DNA of 64,000 bases from Candidatus Omnitrophota bacterium (GCA_043823435.1 JBDRAV010000003.1:32366-96365); one strand, 5' to 3'. Counted from the stretch's first letter, positions 45,750 to 58,566 are shown. A program made the numbers and translations. Notes: generated from the letters alone by a model not told the origin.

Positions 45750-46253
45750 TTATCGTGGGAGAGCCCCCTTAGGTTGTCCGGTATTCGCTTTCTCGGAAAC
45801 AATCCCTGCTGGCAACGCTTCTTCCTCTATCCAGACGATTGCGCCTGTGGGGCAGGCCTTCACGCAACTCGGTTCATCCTTGTCTTTGCATTTATCGCAG
45901 CGTACAGGCATCTTTTTATTTTTGTTCGGCCTTATAGCGCCATAGGGACAGACCATCACGCACATCCAGCAGCCCACGCAGCGCGATTCATCGTGCAAAA
46001 CCATCCCCTTTTCTTTATCGTAAACCAGGGCCGCAGCCATACAGGCATCCACGCACTTCGGGTCCTTGCAATGCCGGCAGGAGACAGGATAATTCTTCTC
46101 TTTGGATGAGATTACCTTCTTCCTGGGTAAAGAAAGATCATCTTCATTCAGGAACTTGAATAGTTCGCCCGTAAGGGAATGCGCCATTGCACAGGCAATC
46201 TCGCATGATTTACAACCCAAGCATTTTTTTACGTCGTAATAAAGTTGCTTCAT
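45750..46253 (-). CDS. cooF: 4Fe-4S ferredoxin-type iron-sulfur protein (CooF-like)
   Basis: Multiple CxxCxxCxxxC motifs (CLGCKSCEIAC, CVGCWMCVMVCP, CDKCKD..CVKACP). Confidence 0.8.
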   Translation of the reverse strand: MKQLYYDVKKCLGCKSCEIACAMAHSLTGELFKFLNEDDLSLPRKKVISSKEKNYPVSCRHCKDPKCVDACMAAALVYDKEKGMVLHDESRCVGCWMCVMVCPYGAIRPNKNKKMPVRCDKCKDKDEPSCVKACPTGAIVWIEEEALPAGIVSEKANTGQPKGALPR

Positions 46254-46308
46254 CCTTATCTTTAATATAGAGACGCTTTCCGCTTTGGGTTGAAAAGCGT
46301 CTCGGATA

Positions 46309-48213
46309 TTAATACATTGCTGGCTTCAGATTTAATGCTTTGCGCTTATTATCAATGTGATCAATCATAAGTCGAGCCATCTTCATGGGATCATCAGAGA
46401 ATTCAAATCTTCCTCCGACCATCTCGGCTAAGTCTTTAGTTAAATAATCAGTCAGGTTTTTGCTTCCTAACGTCGCGAAGGGGCTTGCCCCAAATACTGT
46501 ATAAACGCCCGAAGCTACAAAATACATCCCGATAGTAATCGCTTTCTCCGACATCCACTCCGGAGCGCAACCAGCAGCAGGTATATCTGATATATCTTCA
46601 CCCAAACCGCCTTCTGCTATAACATGCGCTGCCGCGGTCAATATACGCGAATTATCTACGCAGGAACCCAGATGTAAAACCGGAGGGATCCCCACTGCCT
46701 CGCATATCTCCTGTAAGCCGCGTCCTGCGTATTCCTTCGCTGCCTCCGGAATAAGCAACCCCTGCTTTGCGCAGGCAATAGCAGAACAACCGGTTTGTAG
46801 AACCAGGATATCCTTTTTAATAAGCTCTTTAACTACGGCAGTGTGAAAATAATCGTGCTTCTGCTTGGGATTATTGCAACCTACGACCCCTGCCAAACCG
46901 CGCAAGCGCCCTGAGATAATCGCTTCGTTTAAAGGTTTATACGTCGCGCGGTATTTTCCGCCCAAAATCTGAAAGATAACTTCTTTGGTGAAGCCGGCGA
47001 CCAGATCCATTTCGTGTTTGGGTATATTAACCCTCTCTTTATTCCTGTTAGAAAAGTTCTCAACACCTAGTCTTATAATCTCTTTGGCTACATCATAAGC
47101 CTTATTCGGTTCAAATTCAACGTGCAACACTCCCGGAAAACGCGCTTTGGAATTAGTAGTAACCAGCCTTGTATGAAAACATGCCGCGACCTCATGTAAT
47201 GCCGGCATAATACATTGCACATCCACCATCATTACCTCTACAGCCCCTGTAACAATAGCTAATTCCTGCTGCAGGAAATTCCCGGCTACGGAAATCCCGT
47301 GACGCATCAGAACTTCATTAGCAGTACAGCAGATCCCGGCTAAATTTATACCCTCTGCTCCTTTTGCTTTAGCCAATTTTACTAATTCCGGATCCTGAGA
47401 GGCTTTGACTGCCATCTCCGATAGAACCGGCTCATGGCCATGCACTACAATATTCACGTAATTCTCTTTTAACACCCCCAGGTTTACCTTGCCTCTTATT
47501 GGTTCGGGGCTACCCAAGATGATATCCTGCACGTCTGTTGCGACCATTGACCCGCCCCAGCCGTCTGAAAGCGCGCAACGCATACTCGTAGAGATTATAT
47601 TCTTATAATCATTATCCACACCCATCGTGGTCGTGTGCAATAGCTCCACTACTTCCCTGTCAATGCCCCGCGGGGTGATCCCTAATTTCTTCCAGATACC
47701 CTGTCTCTTTTTTGGCGCGCGCTTCGTAAAAACAAGTTCTCCCTCCTGCTTACCGAATTCCTCCAATAACTTCTTGCTTAATTCTTTGATAATCTGCTCT
47801 TTGGTCTTGCCTGTGTCAATCCCGAATTCCTGCGCCAGGCTCTTCAATTTCTCAATATCCAAGACCTCATAATCGTGCGCGTGGCCTTCGGATAATAAAG
47901 CAAGAGTACAAGCTACGTCTCTTCCGTGATCAGAGTGTGCAGATGCGCCTACTGCTATTTTACGCGCCAGGTTTCTTGCGGCAATGGTATCGGCATTGGC
48001 ACCGCAAACCCCAACCTGCGCGCCTTCTCCAAACGGATCAATCCTGCATGGACCCATTGCGCAGACAGTACAGCAAACGCCGAGCTGACCGAAACCGCAC
48101 TGCGGCTGCTGTGATTCAAGCCTGTCCCATGCTGTCTTGATATTCTCATCCCTGGCTTTCTTTAAAGTTTCCTGGGTAGCTATATCTATTGATTTTTGCT
48201 CAATATTGGACAT
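46309..48213 (-). CDS. cooS: Anaerobic carbon-monoxide dehydrogenase catalytic subunit
   Basis: N-terminal CGFGQLGVCCTVCAMGPCRI cluster motifs; 634 aa Ni-CODH architecture. Confidence 0.9.
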   Translation of the reverse strand: MSNIEQKSIDIATQETLKKARDENIKTAWDRLESQQPQCGFGQLGVCCTVCAMGPCRIDPFGEGAQVGVCGANADTIAARNLARKIAVGASAHSDHGRDVACTLALLSEGHAHDYEVLDIEKLKSLAQEFGIDTGKTKEQIIKELSKKLLEEFGKQEGELVFTKRAPKKRQGIWKKLGITPRGIDREVVELLHTTTMGVDNDYKNIISTSMRCALSDGWGGSMVATDVQDIILGSPEPIRGKVNLGVLKENYVNIVVHGHEPVLSEMAVKASQDPELVKLAKAKGAEGINLAGICCTANEVLMRHGISVAGNFLQQELAIVTGAVEVMMVDVQCIMPALHEVAACFHTRLVTTNSKARFPGVLHVEFEPNKAYDVAKEIIRLGVENFSNRNKERVNIPKHEMDLVAGFTKEVIFQILGGKYRATYKPLNEAIISGRLRGLAGVVGCNNPKQKHDYFHTAVVKELIKKDILVLQTGCSAIACAKQGLLIPEAAKEYAGRGLQEICEAVGIPPVLHLGSCVDNSRILTAAAHVIAEGGLGEDISDIPAAGCAPEWMSEKAITIGMYFVASGVYTVFGASPFATLGSKNLTDYLTKDLAEMVGGRFEFSDDPMKMARLMIDHIDNKRKALNLKPAMY

Positions 48214-48228
48214 CTCTTTCCTCCATAC

Positions 48229-49098
48229 TTATAAACCTGCTGCATCCAGGACCAGCGGGACTTTTTTGTCCCAACCTATAGGCATAATATGTATCCCCTG
48301 GCACATGGTTTTAAGTTCTTTAATCAACCGCGCCGCGATCTCTGTTGAGGTCGCCACTTTATCTTTAGTCTCTTCCATCTCTTTTATAAGATTATCCGGC
48401 ACGGATACGCCGGCGACATTCTTATTCATATAGCGGGCCATGCCAGCGGACTTTAATAAAACAATCCCCACCAGTATAGTCGTCTTTAAATGCCTGATTT
48501 TAGAAAGAAAATTCTCGAAAGTCTCAATATCATATACTGCCTGGGTCTGAAAGAACTCTGCACCCGCAGCAATCTTTTTCTCCATTTTTAGTATCTGCGG
48601 CTCAATGGGGTCTGCGCCGGGATTAACCACTGCGCCCATGCAGAATTTAGGCGCTATGCCCTCCAGCTTATTTTCCTTCATATCAAAACCTTCCTGAAGC
48701 TTCTTTACCACTTCCAATAATTGTACGGAATCAAGGTCGAAAACCGGCTTTGCATCAGGATGATCCCCGAGAGTAGGATGGTCTCCGGTCAGGATAAGTA
48801 GATTTTCTATGCCTAAGCTCGCTGCGGATAAGATATCAGACTGCAATGCCAGGCGGTTCCTATCGCGGCAGGTAACCTGAAATATCGGTTCAAAACCTTT
48901 TTGTTTTAACAATCCGCAAACCACAAGAGAACCCAGGCGCATCACCGAACTCTGTAAATCGGTAACATTTATAGCATCAACCCTACTCCTGATAAGTTCG
49001 GCGTCTTCCAGAATAACTTTTGTTTCTATTCCTTTCGGCGGACCGATCTCAGAAGTCAGCAGAAACTTACCTGATTGTATCTTTTCCTTAAATGTCAT
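48229..49098 (-). CDS. metF: Methylenetetrahydrofolate reductase (MetF, acetogen type)
   Basis: 289 aa; ..LTSEIGPPKG..INVTDLQSS.. TIM-barrel MTHFR-like sequence. Sits between cooS and folD. Confidence 0.75.
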   Translation of the reverse strand: MTFKEKIQSGKFLLTSEIGPPKGIETKVILEDAELIRSRVDAINVTDLQSSVMRLGSLVVCGLLKQKGFEPIFQVTCRDRNRLALQSDILSAASLGIENLLILTGDHPTLGDHPDAKPVFDLDSVQLLEVVKKLQEGFDMKENKLEGIAPKFCMGAVVNPGADPIEPQILKMEKKIAAGAEFFQTQAVYDIETFENFLSKIRHLKTTILVGIVLLKSAGMARYMNKNVAGVSVPDNLIKEMEETKDKVATSTEIAARLIKELKTMCQGIHIMPIGWDKKVPLVLDAAGL

Positions 49099-49131
49099 GA
49101 TTATCCCTCGGGGACACCTTTCCGTTTGGAT

Positions 49132-49980
49132 TCAAAGACGTCCCTGTAGTTTGGAGGCTTCGATGACGTTACGCATCAACATCGTGACTGTCAACGGCCC
49201 TACTCCTCCGGGAACAGGGGTAATATATGAGGCGCGTTTTTGGGCGGCCTCAAATTCAACATCCCCGACTATCTTATCGGCTACTCTATTTATACCTACA
49301 TCAATGACAATCGCGCCTTCTTTGACCCATTCGCCTTTAATTAACCCGGCCTTACCTACGGCTACAACTAAAACCTCCGCTTTCCCTACATGTTCCTCTA
49401 ATTTTCCCGCTTTAGAGGTGCCGATATGGCAGACGGTAACGGTGGCAAATTTATCCAGCAACAAAAGAGTTAACGGCTTGCCCACGATCTCGCTATGTCC
49501 GACCACTACTATTTCTTTACCGTAAAGATCCACGCCTGTTGAATTCAACAATTCCATAACCGCGGCAGGCGTACAGGGAAACATCTTAGCCTTACCAAAA
49601 ACTATCTTACCTATATTAGCCGGGTGCATCCCTTCTGCGTCTTTATCAGGTGAAATAAACTGGCTGATTTTTTTATAATCTATCTGGGATGGAAGCGGCA
49701 TCTGAATGATTATCCCGTTTACGGACTCCTCAGCGTTTAATTTCTGGATAAATTCAATAAGAGATGCTTCGGTAGTATTCGCCTCTAATTTATGGAATTG
49801 ATAATCTATGCCCAGGCCTTCAGCGGCCTTCTTCTGAGATTTAGCATAGGCCTGTGCGCCTGCATTCTCGCCTACCTGGATACTGGTCAAGACAGGTTTT
49901 CCCTTCAGGGAAGCAACCTGTTGCCTGATTTCTTCTTTTATCTTCTCCGCCAGCGGCTTACCCTCTAATAATCTTGCCAA
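49132..49980 (-). CDS. folD: Bifunctional methylenetetrahydrofolate dehydrogenase / methenyltetrahydrofolate cyclohydrolase
   Basis: ..VVVGHSEIVGKPL..PVPGGVGPLTVTML.. Confidence 0.95.
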   Translation of the reverse strand: MARLLEGKPLAEKIKEEIRQQVASLKGKPVLTSIQVGENAGAQAYAKSQKKAAEGLGIDYQFHKLEANTTEASLIEFIQKLNAEESVNGIIIQMPLPSQIDYKKISQFISPDKDAEGMHPANIGKIVFGKAKMFPCTPAAVMELLNSTGVDLYGKEIVVVGHSEIVGKPLTLLLLDKFATVTVCHIGTSKAGKLEEHVGKAEVLVVAVGKAGLIKGEWVKEGAIVIDVGINRVADKIVGDVEFEAAQKRASYITPVPGGVGPLTVTMLMRNVIEASKLQGRL

Positions 49981-50521
49981 CTTTCTCCTCCGTATTCTTC
50001 CTTATCTTTTTTATTACCCTTTGTTTCTCGGTTAATTCTTTTCTTATGGATTTGCTTAATTTTTTATCTTGGAGCATCTTCAGGTTTATCTCTACATTAT
50101 AATATGCTGACGCGAAAGCAGCCTCCAACAAGACTACAGCCACGGCAACATCGCTTATAAGATTAATATTACCCCTGGTTACGAGCGGCGGGCATAACTT
50201 TATCCCCTCAAGAGAGAGGCGCGCCACCATAAAAGGAACATTCAAAGCATCTCTTATATTTTTGCTTTGATAAGCAGTAACGTCCAAATCTATTAAACGC
50301 AGGAACTCCTCCCTTAATTTCTCTGACCTCTCTAAAATTTTTTTTAATTCCGGTTCGAATCTGGCGTATTTAGGTTTTCCTATCGTAAAATTAACTACCA
50401 TGCTGACCAGGGAGGCACCCAGGGCAGCGCTTAATGCCGCGGCTGAGCCTCCGCCCGGGGCAGGAAGCTTTGCCGCCAGGTCATTAAGATAATCTTCCAG
50501 TCTCTTGCCTTTATAGCTCAT
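49958..50521 (-). CDS. fchA: Cyclodeaminase/cyclohydrolase family protein (FTCD C-terminal domain, FchA-like)
   Basis: ..LAAKLPAPGGGSAAALSAALGASL.. all-helical 187-aa protein between fhs and folD. Confidence 0.7.
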   Translation of the reverse strand: MSYKGKRLEDYLNDLAAKLPAPGGGSAAALSAALGASLVSMVVNFTIGKPKYARFEPELKKILERSEKLREEFLRLIDLDVTAYQSKNIRDALNVPFMVARLSLEGIKLCPPLVTRGNINLISDVAVAVVLLEAAFASAYYNVEINLKMLQDKKLSKSIRKELTEKQRVIKKIRKNTEEKVGKIIRG

Positions 50522-52212
50522 GATAGTCCTATGATATTCCCTTTATCGTCAATATCGATATTTTCGCCTACCGGGTGGCTCGGCAGCCCCGGCATGGTCC
50601 GCATCTTACCACAGATAGGGTAAAGGAAACCAGCTCCTATTGATGCGCGTATGTCTCTTATCGGTAAAATAAAATCTCTTGGCCTGCCTTTAAGGTTAGG
50701 GTCATGGGATAAAGAAAGGTGAGTCTTGGCCATACATATAGGCAGTTTATCCCAGCCGCGCCCGGTAAATAATTTGATCTTGGATTCTGCCAGCTCTTCG
50801 TATTCCACATCCTTTGCGCCGTAGATTTTTGTCGCGATGCTCCTAATCTTCTCCTTTATGGGAATATCCAGAGGATAGATGAACTTGAAGTCCTTCGGCT
50901 GGCTTGCAGCCTCAATCACCGCCCTACCCAGCTCTAATCCGCCCTCCGAGCCTTTACTAAAAACCTCACTCACGCAACAGTCATAGGCGCCGAACTCCCT
51001 GGCTTTTTTGCGCACAAAATCTATCTCTTTATCGGTATCGCAGGAGAACCTGTTTATTGCCACGACGACCGGCACTCCGAAGGCCATGACATTCTCTATC
51101 TGTTTCTGTAAATTGCATGTCCCATCCTCTATCGCTTTTATGTCTTCTCTTTCCAGGCAGGTATCCAGAGGCATCCCTGCTACGATCTTAAACCTTCCGC
51201 TATGGGCCTTGAGCGCCCTTACAGAACAGACAATTACCGCCGCATCCGGGATGAGCCCGCTTGCGCGGCACTTGATATCAAAGAATTTCTCCGCGCCGCA
51301 ATCAGCCCCGAACCCGGCCTCAGTAACCACATAATCGGAAAAAGCCAGGGCGATCTTATCCGCCAGTATCGAACTGTTCCCGTGGGCGATATTCGCGAAA
51401 GGCCCGGCATGCACAAAACATGGCGTATGCTCAATGGTCTGAATAAGGTTTGGTTTTATGGCTTCTTTCAGGAGCACAGCCATGCTTCCGGCGACTTTGA
51501 TATCTTCCGTGGTCACTGGCCTCCCATCAAGCGTATCAGCCAAAACAATCCTGCCGATACGCTGGCGCATATCCTTTAAACCGTTACTTAAGGCTAATAT
51601 CGCCATAATTTCAGAGGCAACAGAGATATCAAAACCTGTATCGCGCGGGGTACCATCCTCCTTCGTCCCAAGGCCGATCCTGACATTCCTTAAGAACCTG
51701 TCACTCACATCCACTACCCTGCGCCAGTAGATCTTCTCGGAGTCTATATTCAACCTGTTGCCTTTAAATAGGGAATTATCCAGGAACGCGGCTGCCAGGT
51801 TGTGGGCAATACCGACTGCATGCACATCACCGGTAAAATTAAGATTAAAATCCTCCATGGGCAATATCTGCGAATACCCGCCTCCGGCGGCACCCCCCTT
51901 TATGCCGAATACGGGCCCCAGGGAGGGCTGTCTGATACATGTGGAAGTAAGCTTACCCAGCCTGTTCAGGCTCATCGAAAGCCCTATGGTGGTTACGGTC
52001 TTACCTTCTCCGAGAGGAGTGGGGGTAATAGCAGTAACCAGAATATACTTGCCGCTTTTTTTATCCTTTATCTTATCGAGGATATTTAAATCTATCTTGG
52101 CGATGTAGCGGCCGTAGGGTATGAGATCTCCTTTATCTATTTTCAGTTTAGCGGCTATCTCTTCTATGGGCTCTTTTTTTGCCTTACTGACAATATCAAT
52201 ATCCGATAACAT
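50518..52212 (-). CDS. fhs: Formate--tetrahydrofolate ligase
   Basis: MLSDIDI..ILVTAITPTPLGEGKTTTT-type P-loop (PTPLGEGKTVTTIGL); 564 aa. Confidence 0.95.
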   Translation of the reverse strand: MLSDIDIVSKAKKEPIEEIAAKLKIDKGDLIPYGRYIAKIDLNILDKIKDKKSGKYILVTAITPTPLGEGKTVTTIGLSMSLNRLGKLTSTCIRQPSLGPVFGIKGGAAGGGYSQILPMEDFNLNFTGDVHAVGIAHNLAAAFLDNSLFKGNRLNIDSEKIYWRRVVDVSDRFLRNVRIGLGTKEDGTPRDTGFDISVASEIMAILALSNGLKDMRQRIGRIVLADTLDGRPVTTEDIKVAGSMAVLLKEAIKPNLIQTIEHTPCFVHAGPFANIAHGNSSILADKIALAFSDYVVTEAGFGADCGAEKFFDIKCRASGLIPDAAVIVCSVRALKAHSGRFKIVAGMPLDTCLEREDIKAIEDGTCNLQKQIENVMAFGVPVVVAINRFSCDTDKEIDFVRKKAREFGAYDCCVSEVFSKGSEGGLELGRAVIEAASQPKDFKFIYPLDIPIKEKIRSIATKIYGAKDVEYEELAESKIKLFTGRGWDKLPICMAKTHLSLSHDPNLKGRPRDFILPIRDIRASIGAGFLYPICGKMRTMPGLPSHPVGENIDIDDKGNIIGLS

Positions 52213-52262
52213 TAATCCTCCTAAACAGCGGTTTACACCAAACTATCCGATAAGGCCGGGTG

Positions 52263-52643
52263 TTAGAATATAAATTCGTTACTCAGTTCAAATGCGTCCT
52301 TGATCAGTTCTAAACGCGGTTCATTTCTGTCGTATACGACAGAAATAACATCAAACCTTGCCCTTTTATTTAAAAGCCCTCTTTCTTTAAGGAAGGTAAG
52401 CGCTGTTTTAGAGATCTTTTTCTGCTTGGATAACGGTATTGCCTCGTAAGGCGAACCAAACCTTTCTGATTTACGCGCCTTGACTTCTATGAAACATATC
52501 GTGCCCTTATCATCGGCAATAATATCTATCTCGCCTGACTTCGTTCTATAATTCTTAAGCAGGATCCTGTAACCGCTTCTTTTTAATAACCGGGCAGCGG
52601 CTTCTTCTCCCCTTTTACCTATATATAAGCCCTGCTTAGACAC
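52263..52643 (-). CDS. yraN: YraN-family (UPF0102) endonuclease-like protein
   Basis: ..GEIDIIADDKGTICFIEVKAR.. PD-(D/E)xK core; the usual neighbour of rnhB. Confidence 0.8.
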   Translation of the reverse strand: MSKQGLYIGKRGEEAAARLLKRSGYRILLKNYRTKSGEIDIIADDKGTICFIEVKARKSERFGSPYEAIPLSKQKKISKTALTFLKERGLLNKRARFDVISVVYDRNEPRLELIKDAFELSNEFIF

Positions 52644-53238
52644 CGTAAAAGCTCATCCTGTGGATCAAAGACGGGCCAAACCTCTTCAATGCCAGGCGAT
52701 GCTCTCTCGTGGGGTAGCCCTTGTGTTTTGAAAACCCATACTGGGGGTATTTTTTATCGCATAGGGACATAATCCTGTCTCGGGTCACCTTAGCCAGGAT
52801 AGAAGCGCAGGCGATGCTTTTAGATTTCGAATCCCCTTTTATGATATTGGTAAAAGGCAGTCCGGTATTCAATTTAACGTTGCCGTCAACAAGTATATGT
52901 ATATGCCGTTTCCGGATGGGTCTTAATTTTTCGATAAGCGACAGGACTGCCTCTTCCATTGCCATGCGAGTTGCCACTAAAATATTCATGCGATCAATAA
53001 CATCTTCATTTATTATGCCTACGCCGAACAGGCACTTATCAATAATCTCTGAGAACGCCCGCTCTCTCTGGGAAGGTGATAATTTTTTGGAATCATCTAT
53101 GCGATTTTTAAAACGCGTTCTTTTTAAGGCAACTGCTGCTGCGGTTACCGGCCCGGCAAGAGGCCCCCGTCCTGCTTCATCTACTCCGATGATTATATTA
53201 TAGCCTATTTTCTTAAGTTTACGCTCGTAGTATAACAA
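52636..53238 (-). CDS. rnhB: Ribonuclease HII
   Basis: ..IIGVDEAGRGPLAGPV..DSKKLS.. Confidence 0.95.
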   Translation of the reverse strand: MLYYERKLKKIGYNIIIGVDEAGRGPLAGPVTAAAVALKRTRFKNRIDDSKKLSPSQRERAFSEIIDKCLFGVGIINEDVIDRMNILVATRMAMEEAVLSLIEKLRPIRKRHIHILVDGNVKLNTGLPFTNIIKGDSKSKSIACASILAKVTRDRIMSLCDKKYPQYGFSKHKGYPTREHRLALKRFGPSLIHRMSFYGV

Positions 53239-53252
53239 ATGTTTTGGCGTTT

Positions 53253-53285
53253 AGCGCCTGCCTGCCGACAGGCAGGGGTAGCGCT
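53253..53285. repeat. GC-rich palindrome between rplS and rnhB
   Basis: AGCGC-CTGCCTG-CCGA-CAGGCAG-GGGTA-GCGCT. There is no U-tract on the transcribed strand. Confidence 0.6.
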
Positions 53286-53329
53286 CAACACATAGCTTTA
53301 ACTAACCGCTATACGCTCTACGCTATATG

Positions 53330-53683
53330 CTAGGATTTAATCTCTTTGCTTTTGATCTTGGTAGCGCGCTTACCTACCTTGCCTCTTAAATAGTAAAGCT
53401 TTGCCCTCTTTACCTTGCCTGAGCGCATAACTTCAATACCCTCTATGTTCGGCGAATGCATTTGGAATACGCGTTCAATGCCTTCACCGTAAGATATTTT
53501 CCTTACGGTAAAATTAGCTCTTATGCCGCTGCCTCGCTTTGCGATAACTAACCCCTCAAAAGGGTGCAGGCGTACTTTGTCGGCCTCATGTATCTTGACC
53601 ATTACCCTCACCGTATCACCGACACCGAATGCGGGGAGGTCTTTCTTTAAATATTCGGATTCAATTAACTTCATTTTGTCCAC
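53330..53683 (-). CDS. rplS: 50S ribosomal protein L19
   Basis: ..[15 protein letters not shown]...[10 protein letters not shown].. ; TAG stop. Confidence 0.95.
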   Translation of the reverse strand: MDKMKLIESEYLKKDLPAFGVGDTVRVMVKIHEADKVRLHPFEGLVIAKRGSGIRANFTVRKISYGEGIERVFQMHSPNIEGIEVMRSGKVKRAKLYYLRGKVGKRATKIKSKEIKS

Positions 53684-53706
53684 TTTATCCTCCTGATATT
53701 AAATAA

Positions 53707-54393
53707 TTATTCGCACGACAACAGGTCAGGCCTTGATCTCCGGGTCCTCCTGATTGCCTGTTTTCTTCTCCATCCCTCTATTTTCTTATGATTACCCGAT
53801 AAAAGAATTGCCGGCACTCTCATCCTACGATAACTGGCAGGCCTTGTATATTGCGGGTACTCCAATAGATTACCCGCAAATGACTCAAAATTCAAGGAAT
53901 TTTTATCTCCCAGCACACCCGGAATAAGCCGCACCAGGCAATCCACCAGAACCATCGCCGGAAGCTCTCCCCCGGTCAGGACATAATCACCGATAGAAAC
54001 CTCCTCATCTACCAGGTGATCCCTGACCCTTTCATCTATCCCCTCGTAATGGCCGCATATCAGTACCAAATGCCTGCATTTTGCCAATCTTCCGGCAGCC
54101 TTCTGGGTCATCCTTTCCCCTTGAGGAGATAATAAAATAATTTTTAATTTTTGGTTTTTTATTTTTGATTTTATATCTTCTACCGCCTTGAATATGGGCT
54201 CCGGGCGCATCACCATCCCGGAACCGCCTCCAAAAGGACGGTCGTCTATCTTTCTATGCTTATCATCGGAGTAATCCCTGAGGTCATGGATATATATCCT
54301 GACTTTGCCTTTCCTCTGCGCCCGCTTGACGATAGATTCGTTCAGAACCGGCCCGAACATCCCCGGGAATATGGTAATTATGTCTATACGCAT
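53707..54393 (-). CDS. trmD: tRNA (guanine37-N1)-methyltransferase
   Basis: [26 protein letters not shown].. Confidence 0.95.
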   Translation of the reverse strand: MRIDIITIFPGMFGPVLNESIVKRAQRKGKVRIYIHDLRDYSDDKHRKIDDRPFGGGSGMVMRPEPIFKAVEDIKSKIKNQKLKIILLSPQGERMTQKAAGRLAKCRHLVLICGHYEGIDERVRDHLVDEEVSIGDYVLTGGELPAMVLVDCLVRLIPGVLGDKNSLNFESFAGNLLEYPQYTRPASYRRMRVPAILLSGNHKKIEGWRRKQAIRRTRRSRPDLLSCE

Positions 54394-54398
54394 ATTAT

Positions 54399-56516
<2,118 letters not shown>

Positions 56517-56530
<14 letters not shown>

Positions 56531-57680
56531 GCGCAGAGATCACTGCCCCGGGATAATAGTATTCAAGGATCTGTTTATAGTCGTATCCTTGTTTTGCCAT
56601 AAAATAACCGCCCCACTGGCAGAGGCCCACGCCGTGCCCCCAACCAAAACCCTCAAATACCGCGTCATGGTCTACCACCTTTACCTGGAAATTTATGCTC
56701 TTGATTACATTGGACCCCAGTATATTCCTGAAATCCTTTCCTGAAACCTTAAAATCTTTCTTATCAGTGGTTATCTTTAATTCTGTTATGCGGTTTGACT
56801 TATTCTTGCCCAGTATTGTAATGCCCTTTATCTCATCAATTTTCAAGCCGCCCCTTACCAGCGCATCTCTGATTTCTTTGAGCGACAAGACGCTGTGCCA
56901 TTCAAAATGCGGAGATTCGCGGCAGAAGCCGCAATCAACTCCCTTAAGAGGCGGGGTGTTTATATTCCATAATACAGAGGCATCTTCTGTACGCCCTGCG
57001 CACGTAGCGTGGTAAAAAGCAGGAATGATCTTTCCTTTATAGGTCAGGACCATACCCCTGGTTTCATCCACTGCCTTATTTATACGGTAACGCTCAGCGG
57101 ACCTGCCGCCGTATGACTGGGAATAAATGTCGCTCGTCAGATCAAAACTCTTCTGGGCGTTCTCCTGCATTTTATATACGGCAAACGTACGGAATGCTAT
57201 TACCTCTGCCTTTAATGAATCGACCGGCCAGTAATGCGAGATCTCACGTATGGATATGCCTTTGATATAGTCCTCCAGTTCAATATGATTTATCGCCGAC
57301 AGCTTCGATTTATCTTTTATGAACTGGATATCGCCCCGGAATGCGCGGCCATTAATGATAACGGACTCGGGGTAATACGGCCTGATAAAAAGTTTATTTG
57401 TTCTCGCCCTGATGCTCCCAAGCAGGATCCCTTCCTTATACGTAGTAACCGTGGTATTTAAATTCTTCCCGCGGCTTAAAACCTTGTTGCTTGCCGAATC
57501 GAATATGTCAAAAGGGCCATTTATTTTAAGCCTCAAAGAAGAAACATTTTCCATAATCAATACCCGCACATAACGGGGTGCCTGGCCATGGCCTGTGCCG
57601 TAAAACAAACACCCGGCAGCCAATAGGACAACTGTAATCCTTAATTTTGACCTGTGCGTTAACGGCGAGACCATAGCCAC
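56517..57680 (-). CDS. SpoIID/LytB-domain protein (secreted, peptidoglycan-associated)
   Basis: N-terminal signal or anchor, and a C-terminal ..GFGWGHGVGLCQWGG.. motif of the SpoIID family. Confidence 0.75.
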
Positions 57681-57880
57681 AATATTAACGAAAGGATAAT
57701 GCTGATTAATATGGATGTTGTTACTGGAAAGTAAAAACTGAAATTCTTCTTTTGCACATATATATCTCCCGGAAGCCTGCCGATAAAGGGTATCTTATGT
57801 GCAAAATTGAAGAATACGCCTATGCCGATTAAAATAACCCCGAAAAAGATTAACGTCTTCCCTAATGCCTGCATTTTCAT
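57659..57880 (-). CDS. DUF2905-like small membrane protein
   Basis: Two TM segments flanking ..IGRLPGDIYV.. Start moved to an internal ATG (MKMQALGK..). Confidence 0.55.
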   Translation of the reverse strand: MKMQALGKTLIFFGVILIGIGVFFNFAHKIPFIGRLPGDIYVQKKNFSFYFPVTTSILISIILSLILWLWSRR

Positions 57881-58020
57881 AAAGGGACTGACCCCCACAG
57901 GAGGGTGGGACACCAAACCATTCCCGCAGGAGGCGGGACACTCAACAATCATTTATGTTGAGGTGCAGATAGGTTTGGGTGCCTATGAAGAAACCTAAGT
58001 GGTCTATCCCTGACAAATTG

Positions 58021-58554
58021 TTATTTCTTATTATGCCTCTCTATTTCCGAATATATGCACCCGCAATACTTCTGACAATATACGCCGTGGGTCTTTGCCA
58101 GGTCGTGCGCTTTCCTGAAACCAGGCCGGAAATCCTCGTAATAAAAATCGAGCCCCTCTACCTGTGAAATGGCATTTCCGATCTTATTAAGCAATTCCTG
58201 GTTCTGGTAAGGACTAACTAATAAAGTCGTGGAAAACGAGTCAAATCCATGCTCTTTCGCGGTTTTGGCGGCAGCGTTCAACCGGAAGGTCCAGCAGAGA
58301 GAGCATCTATCTGGATTCTTCTCTTTAAGGTTTACCTCCTGAAAATATTGCGACGGAACGTATTCAGGATATATTACATCCAGGCCGGATTCCTTGCTGA
58401 AATCCTCTATCGCCTGTCTCCTCTTCTCGTATTCAGCAAAAGGATGGACATTGGGATTATAGAAGAACCCCGTCACCTTAAATCCCTTCTCTTTTAACCT
58501 CTCTAAGGGATAAATTAGGCACGGTGCACAACAGGTATGGAGTAATAATTTCAT
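58021..58554 (-). CDS. queH: Epoxyqueuosine reductase QueH (DUF208)
   Basis: MKLLLHTCCAPCLIYPLERL..FFYNPNVHP..C..C.. conserved Cys pattern of QueH. Confidence 0.8.
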   Translation of the reverse strand: MKLLLHTCCAPCLIYPLERLKEKGFKVTGFFYNPNVHPFAEYEKRRQAIEDFSKESGLDVIYPEYVPSQYFQEVNLKEKNPDRCSLCWTFRLNAAAKTAKEHGFDSFSTTLLVSPYQNQELLNKIGNAISQVEGLDFYYEDFRPGFRKAHDLAKTHGVYCQKYCGCIYSEIERHNKK

Positions 58555-58566
58555 GATATTTATCGG

